Of a stretch of DNA of 64,000 bases, positions 1-9,928 are shown piece after piece. Below the pieces are notes generated by a model. That model was not told the origin of the DNA. It made no database searches and saw only the letters and a list, made by a program, of their open reading frames with translations. This DNA is from Candidatus Anderseniibacteriota bacterium (GTDB lineage Bacteria; Patescibacteriota; JAUYIX01): contig JAXLZM010000002.1 of the NCBI GenBank assembly GCA_046350855.1, forward strand, positions 142,103 through 206,102. The letters are read 5' to 3'. A program made the position numbers and the translations under genes. Positions within the stretch are counted from its first letter, which is position 1, and every line of letters begins with the position of its first letter.

Positions 1-627
1 GTTGATGTTGTTGTGGTTGACTCGGTAGCAGCCCTAACCCCGCGCGCCGAGATCGAAGGTGAGATGGGTGAGAGTCACATGGGGTTACAGGCGCGCTTGC
101 TCAGCCAAGCCCTGCGTAAGCTTACCGCTACGATCGCTAAGTCCAACACGACGGTTATCTTTATCAACCAAATCCGCATGAAGATCGGCGTGATCTTTGG
201 TAACCCCGAGACCACGACCGGCGGCATGGCCCTCAAGTTTTATTCTTCGGTCCGGATTGAGGTCCGTCGTCGCGCGCAGCTCAAACTCAACGATGACATC
301 ATTGGTAACCGCGTTAAGGTCAAGATCGTTAAAAATAAAGTAGCGGCGCCCTTCCGCACCGCGGAGTTCGACATTTTGTACAACCACGGGATTAGTCTCG
401 AGGGCGACTTGATCGATAGCGGCATGATCTACGGGGTCGTGACTAAGACTGGCTCGTGGTTTAACTACGGGGACATCAAATTGGGACAGGGTCGCGAAGC
501 GGCCAAACAATTTTTGCGTGATAACGGCAAGATTGCACGTGAGATCGGTAAGCGAATCTGGGCGGTCGTACGGGAGCGCGAGCGCACAGGCCAACCGGTT
601 GGCGTAACGGCGATTAAAGGCCAATAA
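1..627 (+). CDS. recA: Recombinase RecA (5'-truncated by window edge)
   Basis: [63 protein letters not shown]. Confidence 0.98.
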   Translation, partial: VDVVVVDSVAALTPRAEIEGEMGESHMGLQARLLSQALRKLTATIAKSNTTVIFINQIRMKIGVIFGNPETTTGGMALKFYSSVRIEVRRRAQLKLNDDIIGNRVKVKIVKNKVAAPFRTAEFDILYNHGISLEGDLIDSGMIYGVVTKTGSWFNYGDIKLGQGREAAKQFLRDNGKIAREIGKRIWAVVRERERTGQPVGVTAIKGQ

Positions 628-629
628 AA

Positions 630-690
630 AGCGACGGGCGGGGGTTCCCGGATCCTAGTTGGAGGATCCATTCACCTCCGCCCTTTCGCT
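630..690. terminator. Long hairpin after recA, probable terminator/processing stem
   Basis: GGGCGGGGG..GGATCCT-loop-AGGATCC..CCTCCGCCC nested inverted repeats directly after the stop; no clear U-tail on +. Confidence 0.4.
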
Positions 691-722
691 TATCACACAG
701 TTGATTGTGGTACAGTAGGCCC

Positions 723-1517
723 ATGTCTAAAAGGAATTCGACCAGGAATGCAACTTCGTCCCGTCGAAAAAAGACTCAGCAGCGTGTCGGTGCCTTTGTT
801 GCCGTTACGTTGATTGTATTTGCCGGCCTGATTACGTTTTATAGCGTTACCGCGCTCAAGGGTAAGCAAGAAAATCGCGTCAACACTGCAGCTGCCAATG
901 AGGCGCAAAACAATGCGGAGTCTAACAATGCGACCCAACCTCTGCTGCCGACCGACGAGCGTATCCTGCTCACGCCGGATGCACTTGCCCAGTACTCGCA
1001 TACGCCCGAGGGTTCACCCATCTGTGACGCGCAATTTGTAAATAGCGCAGCCACAACGAGCGTGACCTATACCAATGCGACGCACGGTTTTAGCGTCGCG
1101 CTACCCTATAATCCAGACTGGGGAACCGAACAGTATCGTCTGGCACCCTTTGATGAGCTGCGTAAACCCATCGATGACGGGACGGGCAAGGTTAAAGCCA
1201 CCACTCAGTATGGGCCAATGGGCGTGGGGGAGGGCTGTGGCTGGTATCGAGGGCTCTCGGTTTCGGTCCGCGAGGCTCGAGATTTGGAGCAGATCAAGGC
1301 CGATCTGCAAAATTATCCGCCTAGCCTGGCGCCCCGTGAGCATGCCTTAGGCAAACTCAAGACCGTCGAGTACGATGTGGGCGCACTGTGTGGCGCGCCT
1401 ACGATTGAGGTTTTGGGGGACACCTATAATTTAGTTTTTGCGCAGCTTTGTGGAACGGACGAGGTCGAAAAAGACATTGTTAAGCTCAGAGAGACCGTTA
1501 AAACGGTCGAGTTATAA
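723..1517 (+). CDS. Single-pass membrane-anchored exported protein, unknown function
   Basis: Basic N-terminus, one TM helix, Asn/Ala linker, four Cys; ATG 723 lies 6 nt after TG-G-TACAGT. Confidence 0.75.
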   Translation: MSKRNSTRNATSSRRKKTQQRVGAFVAVTLIVFAGLITFYSVTALKGKQENRVNTAAANEAQNNAESNNATQPLLPTDERILLTPDALAQYSHTPEGSPICDAQFVNSAATTSVTYTNATHGFSVALPYNPDWGTEQYRLAPFDELRKPIDDGTGKVKATTQYGPMGVGEGCGWYRGLSVSVREARDLEQIKADLQNYPPSLAPREHALGKLKTVEYDVGALCGAPTIEVLGDTYNLVFAQLCGTDEVEKDIVKLRETVKTVEL

Positions 1518-1534
1518 CCTTAAACAGCTCCTCC

Positions 1535-1867
1535 CTAGCGTGCCGGCCCAGAGGTAACCCCTGGCAGGCGCGTCAGCGCCTCGATCGAGTCATCCGGTGC
1601 ACTTGTGTTGCGGCCGATTTTGCCGCAGCTGGTGCAACGGTACTCAATGTCGTAGCCCGTGCGCGTAACACAGGTGCCGATGGGTTCCATCGGAGCTTTA
1701 CAGGTCGCGGCGCGGTCGCCGGGTACCTCAGCATCAACGTGGCGCGACCAAAGACATGCAGGGCAGTGGTTGCGTACACTGGAGGGATGTGGGTTCGCGA
1801 CCGCGCCACAGTGCACACAGGTAAATCTAGTGTTGCGGCCCCTCACGATAAAATTGCGCTGAGCCAC
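1535..1867 (-). CDS. RNHCP-domain zinc-binding protein
   Basis: FTCVHCG...VRNHCPACLWSRHVD...PGDRAATC...RCTSCG signature. Confidence 0.9.
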   Translation of the reverse strand: MAQRNFIVRGRNTRFTCVHCGAVANPHPSSVRNHCPACLWSRHVDAEVPGDRAATCKAPMEPIGTCVTRTGYDIEYRCTSCGKIGRNTSAPDDSIEALTRLPGVTSGPAR

Positions 1868-1910
1868 AATGTTGGATGCTAGCTATCGGTACCCCTAAAG
1901 ACCTAGACGC

Positions 1911-2165
1911 CTAGGCCTGGACGTAGGGGACCAATCCGATAAAGCGCGCCTTTTTGAGCTCGGTCGAAACTTGGCGCTGGTGCTTAGCACAAACCCCTGT
2001 CCGACGGCGCGGCAAGATCTTGGCGTACGAGGACAAGAACTTACGCATCAAGCGCACGTTTTTGTAATCGATAATCGGCGCTTTGTTGTCGTGAAACGGA
2101 CAGGTTTTTGTTTTTTGGCCGAGCGCCCCGGTCGAGGCACCCGTCCCGCTAGTAATGCTGGGCAT
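1911..2165 (-). CDS. rpsR: 30S ribosomal protein S18
   Basis: IDYKNV.LMRKFLS..AKILPRRRTGVCAKHQR...KKARFIGLVPY; follows ssb. Confidence 0.96.
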   Translation of the reverse strand: MPSITSGTGASTGALGQKTKTCPFHDNKAPIIDYKNVRLMRKFLSSYAKILPRRRTGVCAKHQRQVSTELKKARFIGLVPYVQA

Positions 2166-2707
2166 TAAAATGGAATGTCTTCAATGGTAATAGTTTCGCT
2201 CTCGGCTCCTTTGCCTGCAGACACCGTGGCGGCCGTGACGGTTGGTTTAGCTTTTTTGCTACCTTTGACATCGGCGTCTAGTTCTACCGTGGGGACGGTC
2301 TCGGATGAGGCTGCTTTACCGCCAAATTTTTTGCCGTTGCCAGTAGCGCTACCCGCGCCGGCACCCATACCCTGACCTTGGCCGTAGGACAACATGATCA
2401 TGTTGTCGGCTACGATCTCGGTCCGGTAGCGCTTGACGCCATCTTGACCCTGCCAGTTGCGAGTCTGGAGACGACCCTCAACGTAGACTTTTTTACCCTT
2501 TTGCAGATACTGTGCGCAGATGTCGGCCAGTTTGCGCCAGGCCACGATGTTATGAAATTCCGCCTTTGATTGACGCTGTCCGCTTTGGTCGGTCCAGGTG
2601 AGATTGGTCGCGACCGAAAACGAGCAAACGTTTTGCCCCTGTGGGGTGGTGCGAACTTCGGGGTCCTGTGTGACGTTGCCGATGAGCATTACTTTGTTGA
2701 GATCCAT
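2165..2707 (-). CDS. ssb: Single-stranded DNA-binding protein
   Basis: LNKVMLIGN, VYVEGRLQTRNW, C-terminal EDIPF. Confidence 0.98.
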   Translation of the reverse strand: MDLNKVMLIGNVTQDPEVRTTPQGQNVCSFSVATNLTWTDQSGQRQSKAEFHNIVAWRKLADICAQYLQKGKKVYVEGRLQTRNWQGQDGVKRYRTEIVADNMIMLSYGQGQGMGAGAGSATGNGKKFGGKAASSETVPTVELDADVKGSKKAKPTVTAATVSAGKGAESETITIEDIPF

Positions 2708-2767
2708 GGTGGTGCGGTTAGTGATTGGTTAGTGAACCCAGTATGCAAGGGCTAGATAAAACAAATG

Positions 2768-3229
2768 TTAAATTTTTTCGTCCAAAATTTCGTCGAGAGA
2801 TTTTTTGGGCTCCTCAGATGCCCCCGGCGGACCGCCTGCAGCCGCTTTAGACTTATCAACAGCACCCGCTTTTGCCGGACCTTTGTTGCCATTTTTGTCA
2901 CCCAGTTTGCGATCGTCAAAGACCGGAAGCGTAATAGGCTGTTGGTTTTTTGGCTGCTCAGTAAGCAAAAAGCGAGTCACGTTCTCGGCCACTTCTAGTT
3001 CGGCCGTTAATGGATTGACCTTGCCGGGCTCAACCGAGAGTCGCCACAAGACGTACGTGCCATGGACCTGCCGCTTAATTGGATAGGCCAATTTGATCCG
3101 ACCCCAGACGGATTCTTGCTCGACCTTGGCGCCGTGCTTAGCAAAGAGCTGTTTGAGCTCGGTCAAGGCCGCAGGCACACCGTCTTTGACGTTGTCGGAG
3201 AGAATGAGGAGGAGTTCGTAGGGTTGCAT
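2768..3229 (-). CDS. rpsF: 30S ribosomal protein S6
   Basis: YELLLI, WGRIKLAYPIK, C-terminal LDEILDEKI; rpsF-ssb-rpsR order; start taken at ATG 3229. Confidence 0.93.
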   Translation of the reverse strand: MQPYELLLILSDNVKDGVPAALTELKQLFAKHGAKVEQESVWGRIKLAYPIKRQVHGTYVLWRLSVEPGKVNPLTAELEVAENVTRFLLTEQPKNQQPITLPVFDDRKLGDKNGNKGPAKAGAVDKSKAAAGGPPGASEEPKKSLDEILDEKI

Positions 3230-3257
3230 TAGTACGTGTAGGTAAAACAAAAAATTG

Positions 3258-3341
3258 GGCTGAACATGGGACTCCGCAGAGGGCGTGGGCCCAGGCGGGT
3301 TCAGAGAGAGCCACTCTAACGGGTCGCTTGACGGACGTCAA
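3258..3341 (-). promoter_or_regulatory. Sigma70 promoter and structured leader of rpsF (candidate S6:S18-binding leader)
   Basis: Minus strand TTGACG-17nt-TAGAGT (3341-3313), then stem CTGAAC/GTTCAG with unpaired CCG and inner TGGG/CCCA stem. Confidence 0.55.
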
Positions 3342-3402
3342 GTCGCTTTGGGCTCGACTGGTCTTTACAGGCTCCAGCCTCACGTGCTCTAGTGGCGCTC
3401 GT

Positions 3403-5019
3403 ATGAAGCGCCTCTCCTCTTTGGCTTTTTTGACCCCATTGAGCTTTGTCTTACTTGCCCTGCTCTATGTCGGGCTGGCCGTAGTACGCCTGCGCTATCC
3501 GGGTTTACATTTTGATGAGTTGCTCCACGTCAACGCCGCATTGGGTGGGTTGGACAACACATTTATATATAAAACGCTTTTTGGAGTGCCGTTTTTACTG
3601 ATGCCCTACATCGGTGCCCTCAAGGCCTGGCTGACCGGCCCACTCTTTGCGCTTTTTGGCGTCTCGGTAGTCTCGATTCGTTTGCCGCTGATTATCGTAA
3701 CCGCCGCTGCGCTGTATCTTCTTGGCAGAACCCTCCAGCGTTGGGTTGGTTTGTGGCCAGCTTTCGCGGTCTGCCTGCTGCTGGCGGTTGATCCGACTTT
3801 TATTGCGCTGACGCGGGCGGATTCTGGGCCGGTCGTGTTGCAATTTGCTCTCACGGTCACTGCCCTGAGTTGCCTGGGGACGTATCTACGTACTCGCCAG
3901 CTACTACCTTTGGTCGGTTTGGTGAGCTCGCTCGGTCTTGGTGTTTTTAATAAGCTCAACTTTATTTGGATCGCCAACGGGTTTGTCGTCGCTTTTGTTC
4001 TGGTCTACGCCCGCTCGCTCTGGGTCCAGCTGCGGGCCAGCACAGGCTCGGTCAACAAAAAGTGGTGGCATGTCTTACTCTTTTTGGGTGGCTACGGCCT
4101 GTCGGCGGCGTACTATCTGCTAGCAAGCTACAAATTTAATCTGTTTGATTTTTTGTCACCCCAAAAGTTTAACTGGTCGGCACGCCTCGCTAATCTCTCC
4201 AGTAGCTTATCCGGCTTGGTGCGGGGTGACCTTTTTTACAACTACGCCTATGGCCAACTACAGTGGAGAGGGGCCAGCATCGTTTTTTGGATCGTAGCTG
4301 CTACGAGTTTGGTTGGTGTGGCGTTACTCCTGAGTAAACGTTTATACAAACGCAGTGAGCGTCAGCTCGGGGTCTTTGCCCTGCTCTTGGTTACTGCGAC
4401 CTTGGCCCAGTTGATCGTCACGCGTAATGCGGTCTGGCCCTGGCACTACGCCACCCTCTATCCAGCACTCCAAATCGTTTTTGTGCTGGGACTGGTCGGC
4501 TACTATCGGCTCTTCCAAAAAACGGGCCTGCATTTTGCAAAACTTGCGAGTCTCCCGCTCTTGCTCCTGACCAGCACATACCTCCTCGGTGATATCGCCT
4601 ACGTTCGAGCCCTAGGACAACCCACCAAAAATGTCTACTGGTCACCGGCTATCTACACTCTCTACGACTACACTCAGCGTCTCGAGGGCCAAGTCGTCTC
4701 GGTCGATTGGGGAACCCACACGCAATTGCTCGGACTCTCGCAGGATCCGGCCAAGTACCACAATGCCAGTTTTTCTCTTAACCGTGATCCGTTGCCGAGC
4801 GATGCCAAGAGACAGTTTAATCAAGACTATTTAGAGCGGAATGTAACTGCGACTGAGTATTTTATTCTGCACACACCCCGGACAACGCTTTTTCCTGCAG
4901 CGCGCAAAAACTTTTTTGCCCTGGCAAGCGCTGCGGGCTACACCCCACGTTTGGTGCACACGGTTGCTGACGGTTCTACCACACTATTTGAGATCTATCA
5001 GCTCAAAAAACTAGGTTAG
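3403..5019 (+). CDS. GT-C fold (ArnT/PMT-like) integral membrane glycosyltransferase
   Basis: DE pair after TM1 (GLHFDE), many TM helices, SIRLP, LGVFNKLNF; paralog of 10794-12392. Confidence 0.8.
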   Translation: MKRLSSLAFLTPLSFVLLALLYVGLAVVRLRYPGLHFDELLHVNAALGGLDNTFIYKTLFGVPFLLMPYIGALKAWLTGPLFALFGVSVVSIRLPLIIVTAAALYLLGRTLQRWVGLWPAFAVCLLLAVDPTFIALTRADSGPVVLQFALTVTALSCLGTYLRTRQLLPLVGLVSSLGLGVFNKLNFIWIANGFVVAFVLVYARSLWVQLRASTGSVNKKWWHVLLFLGGYGLSAAYYLLASYKFNLFDFLSPQKFNWSARLANLSSSLSGLVRGDLFYNYAYGQLQWRGASIVFWIVAATSLVGVALLLSKRLYKRSERQLGVFALLLVTATLAQLIVTRNAVWPWHYATLYPALQIVFVLGLVGYYRLFQKTGLHFAKLASLPLLLLTSTYLLGDIAYVRALGQPTKNVYWSPAIYTLYDYTQRLEGQVVSVDWGTHTQLLGLSQDPAKYHNASFSLNRDPLPSDAKRQFNQDYLERNVTATEYFILHTPRTTLFPAARKNFFALASAAGYTPRLVHTVADGSTTLFEIYQLKKLG

Positions 5020-5104
5020 CCCTCGATTCTAAGAGCAGCGCGGAGAGGGCGCACAGCATTGCGTAAATCAGCAAAGTGGGGTATACCGATACATCCATTT
5101 TGCG

Positions 5105-7459
5105 ATGACAAAACCATCCAACGGGGCTAGCGAGGCTGTTGCGGCCCCGAGTGCCTCTCACATTGACCCTATTGACCTGCAAGATCCGCTCCGGCTGGAT
5201 GATCGGGTCGTTGCACGTGGGGCCGAACAGTACTACCAAGACCAGGCTGAACTCAACGCCGAGGCGATCCGTTTACAGATGCTCGAGGCGATCAACCAGG
5301 TTGGGCTGGTGCAGCAGGACTACCAAGCCCGCATCGCACGACTCCAGGAGCTCCTCAAGCCCAAGGTTTTTGTCCGTAAGGCCACCAAAAAAATCTTGCG
5401 TGCCGTCAAGCATCGTCTGGTGCGCTATGGTCGCGTCCTGATCGCCCGTCGAGACGCGCTCCAAATCCCACGTTTTACCGATATTTATTTTACGCAGCCC
5501 GCAGAGCCCGTCGTCTCGGTTATTATTCCGGTGTACAACTTGCTGCCGATCACCTTGGCCTGTTTGCGCTCCATCCTACGTCAACCCGAGCGGGTACCGT
5601 TTGAGATTATCGTGGTGGATGACGCCTCGCCCGATCCGTTGGTCCAGTCCGTTCTCAAACGCATCCCGGGCATCACCTACGTGCGCCAGCCCCAAAACGG
5701 CGGCTTTGTGCGCAGCTGTAATGCCGGAGCAAGTCGCGCTCGCGCCCCCATTTTGTATTTTTTGAACAACGACACCGAGGTCTGGTCTAACTGGCTCACC
5801 CCAATCGTACAGCTCTACCAAGACCGGACGGTCGGCGCGGTCGGCTCCAAAATGGTGTATCCCAAGCCGCCCGCGCAAGCCCACTGGACGCTGCAAGAAG
5901 CGGGCGGGATCGTCTTTAAAAGCGGTGAGGCCTGGAACTACGGCCGCACCGACCGCGCCGACCTCTCTCACTACAACTTTATCCGTGACGTAGATTTTTG
6001 TTCGGGGGCGGGCCTCTCGATCCGCCGCGATCTGTTTGAGCGTATTGGTGGGTTCAACTTAGCCTTGGCTCCGGGGTACTACGAGGATGTCGAACTTTGC
6101 TTTGCTGTACGCGACCTTGGGTATCGAGTGCTCTATCAGCCGCTCTCGGTCGTGACGCACTACGAGGGGGCTTCCTCGGCCAGCAAGGTGCTAAACGGTC
6201 AAAAACCAATGAAGGCCTACCAGATCGTCAATGGCCAAAAGTTTAAGCACATGCGGGTAAAAGAACTCACACAGCAGTGGCCTAAAGAGCTAGAAAAATT
6301 GCCCCTCATCGCGCGACGCAAACGCGGGATGCGCATCTGGTTTTTTGAGTGGTTCATCCCTATGTTTGATCGTGATTATGGCTCGGCCCGCACCGTGGCG
6401 CTCCTGCGTGAGCTGGCCCGGCACCATACGGTCACGTTTGTTGCACGTGACATTACCGATAAACCGCGCTACCGCGAGTTTTTGCAGAACCTCGGGGTCG
6501 AGGTGGTCCCGCGTGGGGTCGGCTCTAACCTCACGCACAAGCTAGCGGTTGAGGGTAAGTACATCGACCTGGCCATCGTGGCGCGACCCGATGTGATGCA
6601 CTATTTTTACCACCTGCTTAAACGTTTTGCGCCGCAAGCCCCGATCATTTACGACACGGTTGATATTCATCACATGCGCTTGGAGCGCGAACTGGCGCGT
6701 ACCACCGAGCCGCGCAAGTGTCGCGAAATCCAAGGCCAAATCACACTCTTTAAAACTCTCGAACTCGAGTACGGTCGTCGCTCCGACGCGATTTGGGCCA
6801 TTACACCGGCCGACCAAACCAATCTTTTGCGGTTGCTACCGGGTAAGCAAGTCGATATCGTCTCGGCTGCGCACGAGGCGCATCCAAGTCAGCGTACCTA
6901 CGCTGAGCGCGAGGGGCTGATGTATATCGGCTCGTTTCACCATCCGCCCAACATTGCCTCGATGGAGTTCTACATCAATGAGATCAACCCGCACCTGCAA
7001 CGCTTGGTGCCAGGTTTGACCCTCTCGGTCATCGGTCAAGCCGTGCCCGAGTGGCTCAAGCGCTTGGCCCGCGACAAAGCGGGGGAGACGGTCAAATTTA
7101 TTGGGACGGTCAGTGACGCCGGTCTCGAGCAGGCCTACGAGCGAGCCCGGCTCTTTGTAGCACCCGTGACCTTTGGCTCTGGTCTCAAAGGCAAGGTAGT
7201 CATGGCTATGTCGCGGGGGCTGCCGGTGGTGGCAACTTCGATGGCGGCCGAGGGGATTCCGGCTCGGGATGGTCTCTCAATCGATCTCGCGGACGAACCA
7301 CAACTGTTCGCCCAAAAAATCGCAGCGCTCTATTTAGATAACGCGGTTTGGCAGATGCGCTCGCAAGCCGCGCTCAAGGTGGTGCGTACTCACTACAGCG
7401 AGCAGCATTTTGCGCAAGAAATCAACGACTCATTTGCCAAACTTACCAGCCGACTTTAA
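5105..7459 (+). CDS. Bifunctional GT2 + GT4 glycosyltransferase
   Basis: VSVIIPVYN, VVDDAS, FLNNDT, YYEDVELC (GT2); GSFHHPPN, GSGLKGKVVMAMSRGLPVVAT (GT4). Confidence 0.92.
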   Translation: MTKPSNGASEAVAAPSASHIDPIDLQDPLRLDDRVVARGAEQYYQDQAELNAEAIRLQMLEAINQVGLVQQDYQARIARLQELLKPKVFVRKATKKILRAVKHRLVRYGRVLIARRDALQIPRFTDIYFTQPAEPVVSVIIPVYNLLPITLACLRSILRQPERVPFEIIVVDDASPDPLVQSVLKRIPGITYVRQPQNGGFVRSCNAGASRARAPILYFLNNDTEVWSNWLTPIVQLYQDRTVGAVGSKMVYPKPPAQAHWTLQEAGGIVFKSGEAWNYGRTDRADLSHYNFIRDVDFCSGAGLSIRRDLFERIGGFNLALAPGYYEDVELCFAVRDLGYRVLYQPLSVVTHYEGASSASKVLNGQKPMKAYQIVNGQKFKHMRVKELTQQWPKELEKLPLIARRKRGMRIWFFEWFIPMFDRDYGSARTVALLRELARHHTVTFVARDITDKPRYREFLQNLGVEVVPRGVGSNLTHKLAVEGKYIDLAIVARPDVMHYFYHLLKRFAPQAPIIYDTVDIHHMRLERELARTTEPRKCREIQGQITLFKTLELEYGRRSDAIWAITPADQTNLLRLLPGKQVDIVSAAHEAHPSQRTYAEREGLMYIGSFHHPPNIASMEFYINEINPHLQRLVPGLTLSVIGQAVPEWLKRLARDKAGETVKFIGTVSDAGLEQAYERARLFVAPVTFGSGLKGKVVMAMSRGLPVVATSMAAEGIPARDGLSIDLADEPQLFAQKIAALYLDNAVWQMRSQAALKVVRTHYSEQHFAQEINDSFAKLTSRL

Positions 7460-7471
7460 GCTAGTGCACCC

Positions 7472-8413
7472 ATGAAGCTCATCATCCAGATTCCCTGCTA
7501 CAACGAAGAAAAAACGCTGCCCTTAGTGCTGCGGGATATGCCGCGTGCTATCGCGGGGGTGGACGTGATCGAGACGCAGATCGTGGACGATGGTTCGACC
7601 GACAAAACGATCGAGGTCGCACGCCAACTCGGCGTCACACACATCGTCTCGTATGTAGGCAATAAAGGCCTCGGCAACGCCTTTAAACGCGGGGTCGAAC
7701 ACGCCCTGGCCGCCGGTGCCGACATCCTGGTTAATACGGACGGGGACAACCAGTACAAATCGAGTGACATTCCCCGCTTGGTGATCCCGATCGTGCACCG
7801 CAAAGCTGACATCGTGATCGGTAACCGCCAAACCGCCAAGATCGCGCATTTTTCTCCGCTCAAAAAGTTTTTCCAGTGGCTCGGCTCGAGCGTGACCCAG
7901 TATCTCTCGGGTCTGCGGGTGCCGGATGCGGTCAGTGGCTTTAGAGCCTACTCGCGTGAGTCCCTACTTGAGCTCAACGTCACCTCCGACTTTAGCTACG
8001 TTCTCGACACGATTATCCAGGCCAGTAAAAAGCGGCTTAAGATTGGCTACGTCGACATCGAGACCAACGCGCCAACCCGTCCCTCGCGACTCTTTAAGGG
8101 GATGTTCCAACACATTAAAAAGTCGACCTCCAACTTGCTGCGAGTGTATGCCATGTATGAGCCGCTCCGTACTTTTTCGCTCATCGGCAGCCTATTTTTG
8201 CTCTTGGGACTCTATCCGGTTTTGCGCTTTATCTATTTTTATCTGCAGCAAGAGGGTCAGGGGCACATCCAGTCCCTCATCGTGGGGGCCATGTGTGTGG
8301 TAATCGGCGTGCAATTTTTTGGGCTCGCAATTATAGGCGACTTGATCGCCAAGCAGCGTCGTTTGACCGAGGACTCGCTCTATCGTCTCAAGAAGGCTCA
8401 GTTCGGCAAATAG
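7472..8413 (+). CDS. GT2 polyprenyl-phosphate glycosyltransferase (DPM1/ArnC-like)
   Basis: IQIPCYNEE, VDDGSTD, NTDGDNQY, DAVSGFRAYS, two C-terminal TM helices. Confidence 0.92.
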   Translation: MKLIIQIPCYNEEKTLPLVLRDMPRAIAGVDVIETQIVDDGSTDKTIEVARQLGVTHIVSYVGNKGLGNAFKRGVEHALAAGADILVNTDGDNQYKSSDIPRLVIPIVHRKADIVIGNRQTAKIAHFSPLKKFFQWLGSSVTQYLSGLRVPDAVSGFRAYSRESLLELNVTSDFSYVLDTIIQASKKRLKIGYVDIETNAPTRPSRLFKGMFQHIKKSTSNLLRVYAMYEPLRTFSLIGSLFLLLGLYPVLRFIYFYLQQEGQGHIQSLIVGAMCVVIGVQFFGLAIIGDLIAKQRRLTEDSLYRLKKAQFGK

Positions 8414-9917
8414 CCATCGTCCACATCCCGGCGCTGCGGGTCTCGACCGTGGCAAAATACTTTTCGAGCAGGTTGCGCAGCTCCTTGGGCGAAAAATTCT
8501 GCACGTGTCCGGGGGTATTACCGAGCGCGCGCCAGTACTTGCCGCGCGCCATGTTGCCGATGCGCCAGATTGGCTCGCGCGGGACGCTCACGATCACGGT
8601 TTTAGCCACGCGGCGTAATTCTTTGGCGGCTTTTTCGGGTTCGTAGAGGTGCTCCATGACCTCGCCACAGAGTGCCACGTCAAAACTCCCGTCCTGAGCT
8701 GGGATCTCTAAAACACTCGCCACATCATACTGGACGCTTGGGTTGAGCTTGCGGGCCTTGTCAATCACTTCTTGCTCCAAATCCAGCCCCCTAATCTTGA
8801 GGTTGAACTGCTCGAGTAATTTTTTATCGACCACTCCCTCGCCGCAGCCGATATCAAGCAAGGTCACGGCCGAACCCTGCGCTGCCGTGCCGGCCACTTC
8901 ACCAACCAAGGTATAGAGGGTCGTAAAATAGCGCCCGACTAGCCAGCGCTCGATTGGATTCTTGGTGCCGTACTTATTAAAAAAGTTACCAGGTACGTTT
9001 TGGACCTTGTCACTTTTGAGCCAGGCCGCGACCCGTCGCAGCCCCAGACTAACTAAGGCAGCCAGGAGTTCTCCCGTAATCCACCAAAAGCGCGAGAGGA
9101 TCGCAGCGAGCACCGCCAACGGCTGACCCAGGGCTGGAGTGAGGAGCACCACCAGGGCCGCCTCACGCACACCCAAACCACCCGGGACGAACACCGCCAA
9201 AAATCCGATGGCCCAGGCTAAGACAAAACTGCCACCCGACAAAATAGGTGCCTCGAGACCGAGACTCTTGAGTAAAAAGAAAAAGCCAAGGCCAATGAGT
9301 AGCCACGCCAGAGCATAATTACTAAACAGCAGGTACAGCTCCCTAAAACGCAATTTGACGGGCGCGGTTATTTTGAACCGCTTAGCAGCGCGCGTAACGA
9401 TAAAACGCAGGACGGGCGGGTAGAGGAGTGCCACTCCAAGTATCGCCAGGCCGATGTATAGGACGATGCCCGTGACATCTGTAGCCAGCGAGGTCGTGGC
9501 GAGTAAGCCAAGGGCCAAAGCCGCCACGCTCATCAAGATGCTCTCGATCACGGTGCTTAATCCGGAATGAAAGTTAGAGACCCCTTTTTGTTTGGCAAGG
9601 TACGAGCGACCGACCGCAAACCAGATGGTACCCGGGACATATTTGCCAAACTGACTCGCGGTCCAGGCAAAGATGCCATCCGAGAGACGAATGTTCTGCC
9701 CGAGGCTTAAGAGCACCTCGCGCCAGTTAAAGGCCAGGATGAGGTAGCCGACTACGAGGAGGACAAGCGATAGGATCAAGGGTAGAGGTGAGAGCTGCAC
9801 TCTCTCCCACGGCACACGCGCAATCGCCTCGAGCGCTTTGACCACAAAAAAGTAGGTCACGACCCCCGCGATGAGGGCAAAAATGACTTGGCGCAAGAGG
9901 CTACCGCGGCGTTGCAT
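8388..9917 (-). CDS. Fusion: LPG-synthase-TM/UPF0104 flippase-like domain + class I SAM methyltransferase
   Basis: GKYVPGTIW and VPGGLGVREA in the TM part; LLDIGCGEG, EVMEHL.EP, SVPREP in the soluble part; one open frame. Confidence 0.85.
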   Translation of the reverse strand: MQRRGSLLRQVIFALIAGVVTYFFVVKALEAIARVPWERVQLSPLPLILSLVLLVVGYLILAFNWREVLLSLGQNIRLSDGIFAWTASQFGKYVPGTIWFAVGRSYLAKQKGVSNFHSGLSTVIESILMSVAALALGLLATTSLATDVTGIVLYIGLAILGVALLYPPVLRFIVTRAAKRFKITAPVKLRFRELYLLFSNYALAWLLIGLGFFFLLKSLGLEAPILSGGSFVLAWAIGFLAVFVPGGLGVREAALVVLLTPALGQPLAVLAAILSRFWWITGELLAALVSLGLRRVAAWLKSDKVQNVPGNFFNKYGTKNPIERWLVGRYFTTLYTLVGEVAGTAAQGSAVTLLDIGCGEGVVDKKLLEQFNLKIRGLDLEQEVIDKARKLNPSVQYDVASVLEIPAQDGSFDVALCGEVMEHLYEPEKAAKELRRVAKTVIVSVPREPIWRIGNMARGKYWRALGNTPGHVQNFSPKELRNLLEKYFATVETRSAGMWTMAICRTEPS

Positions 9918-9928
9918 AGGAGAGTGAG

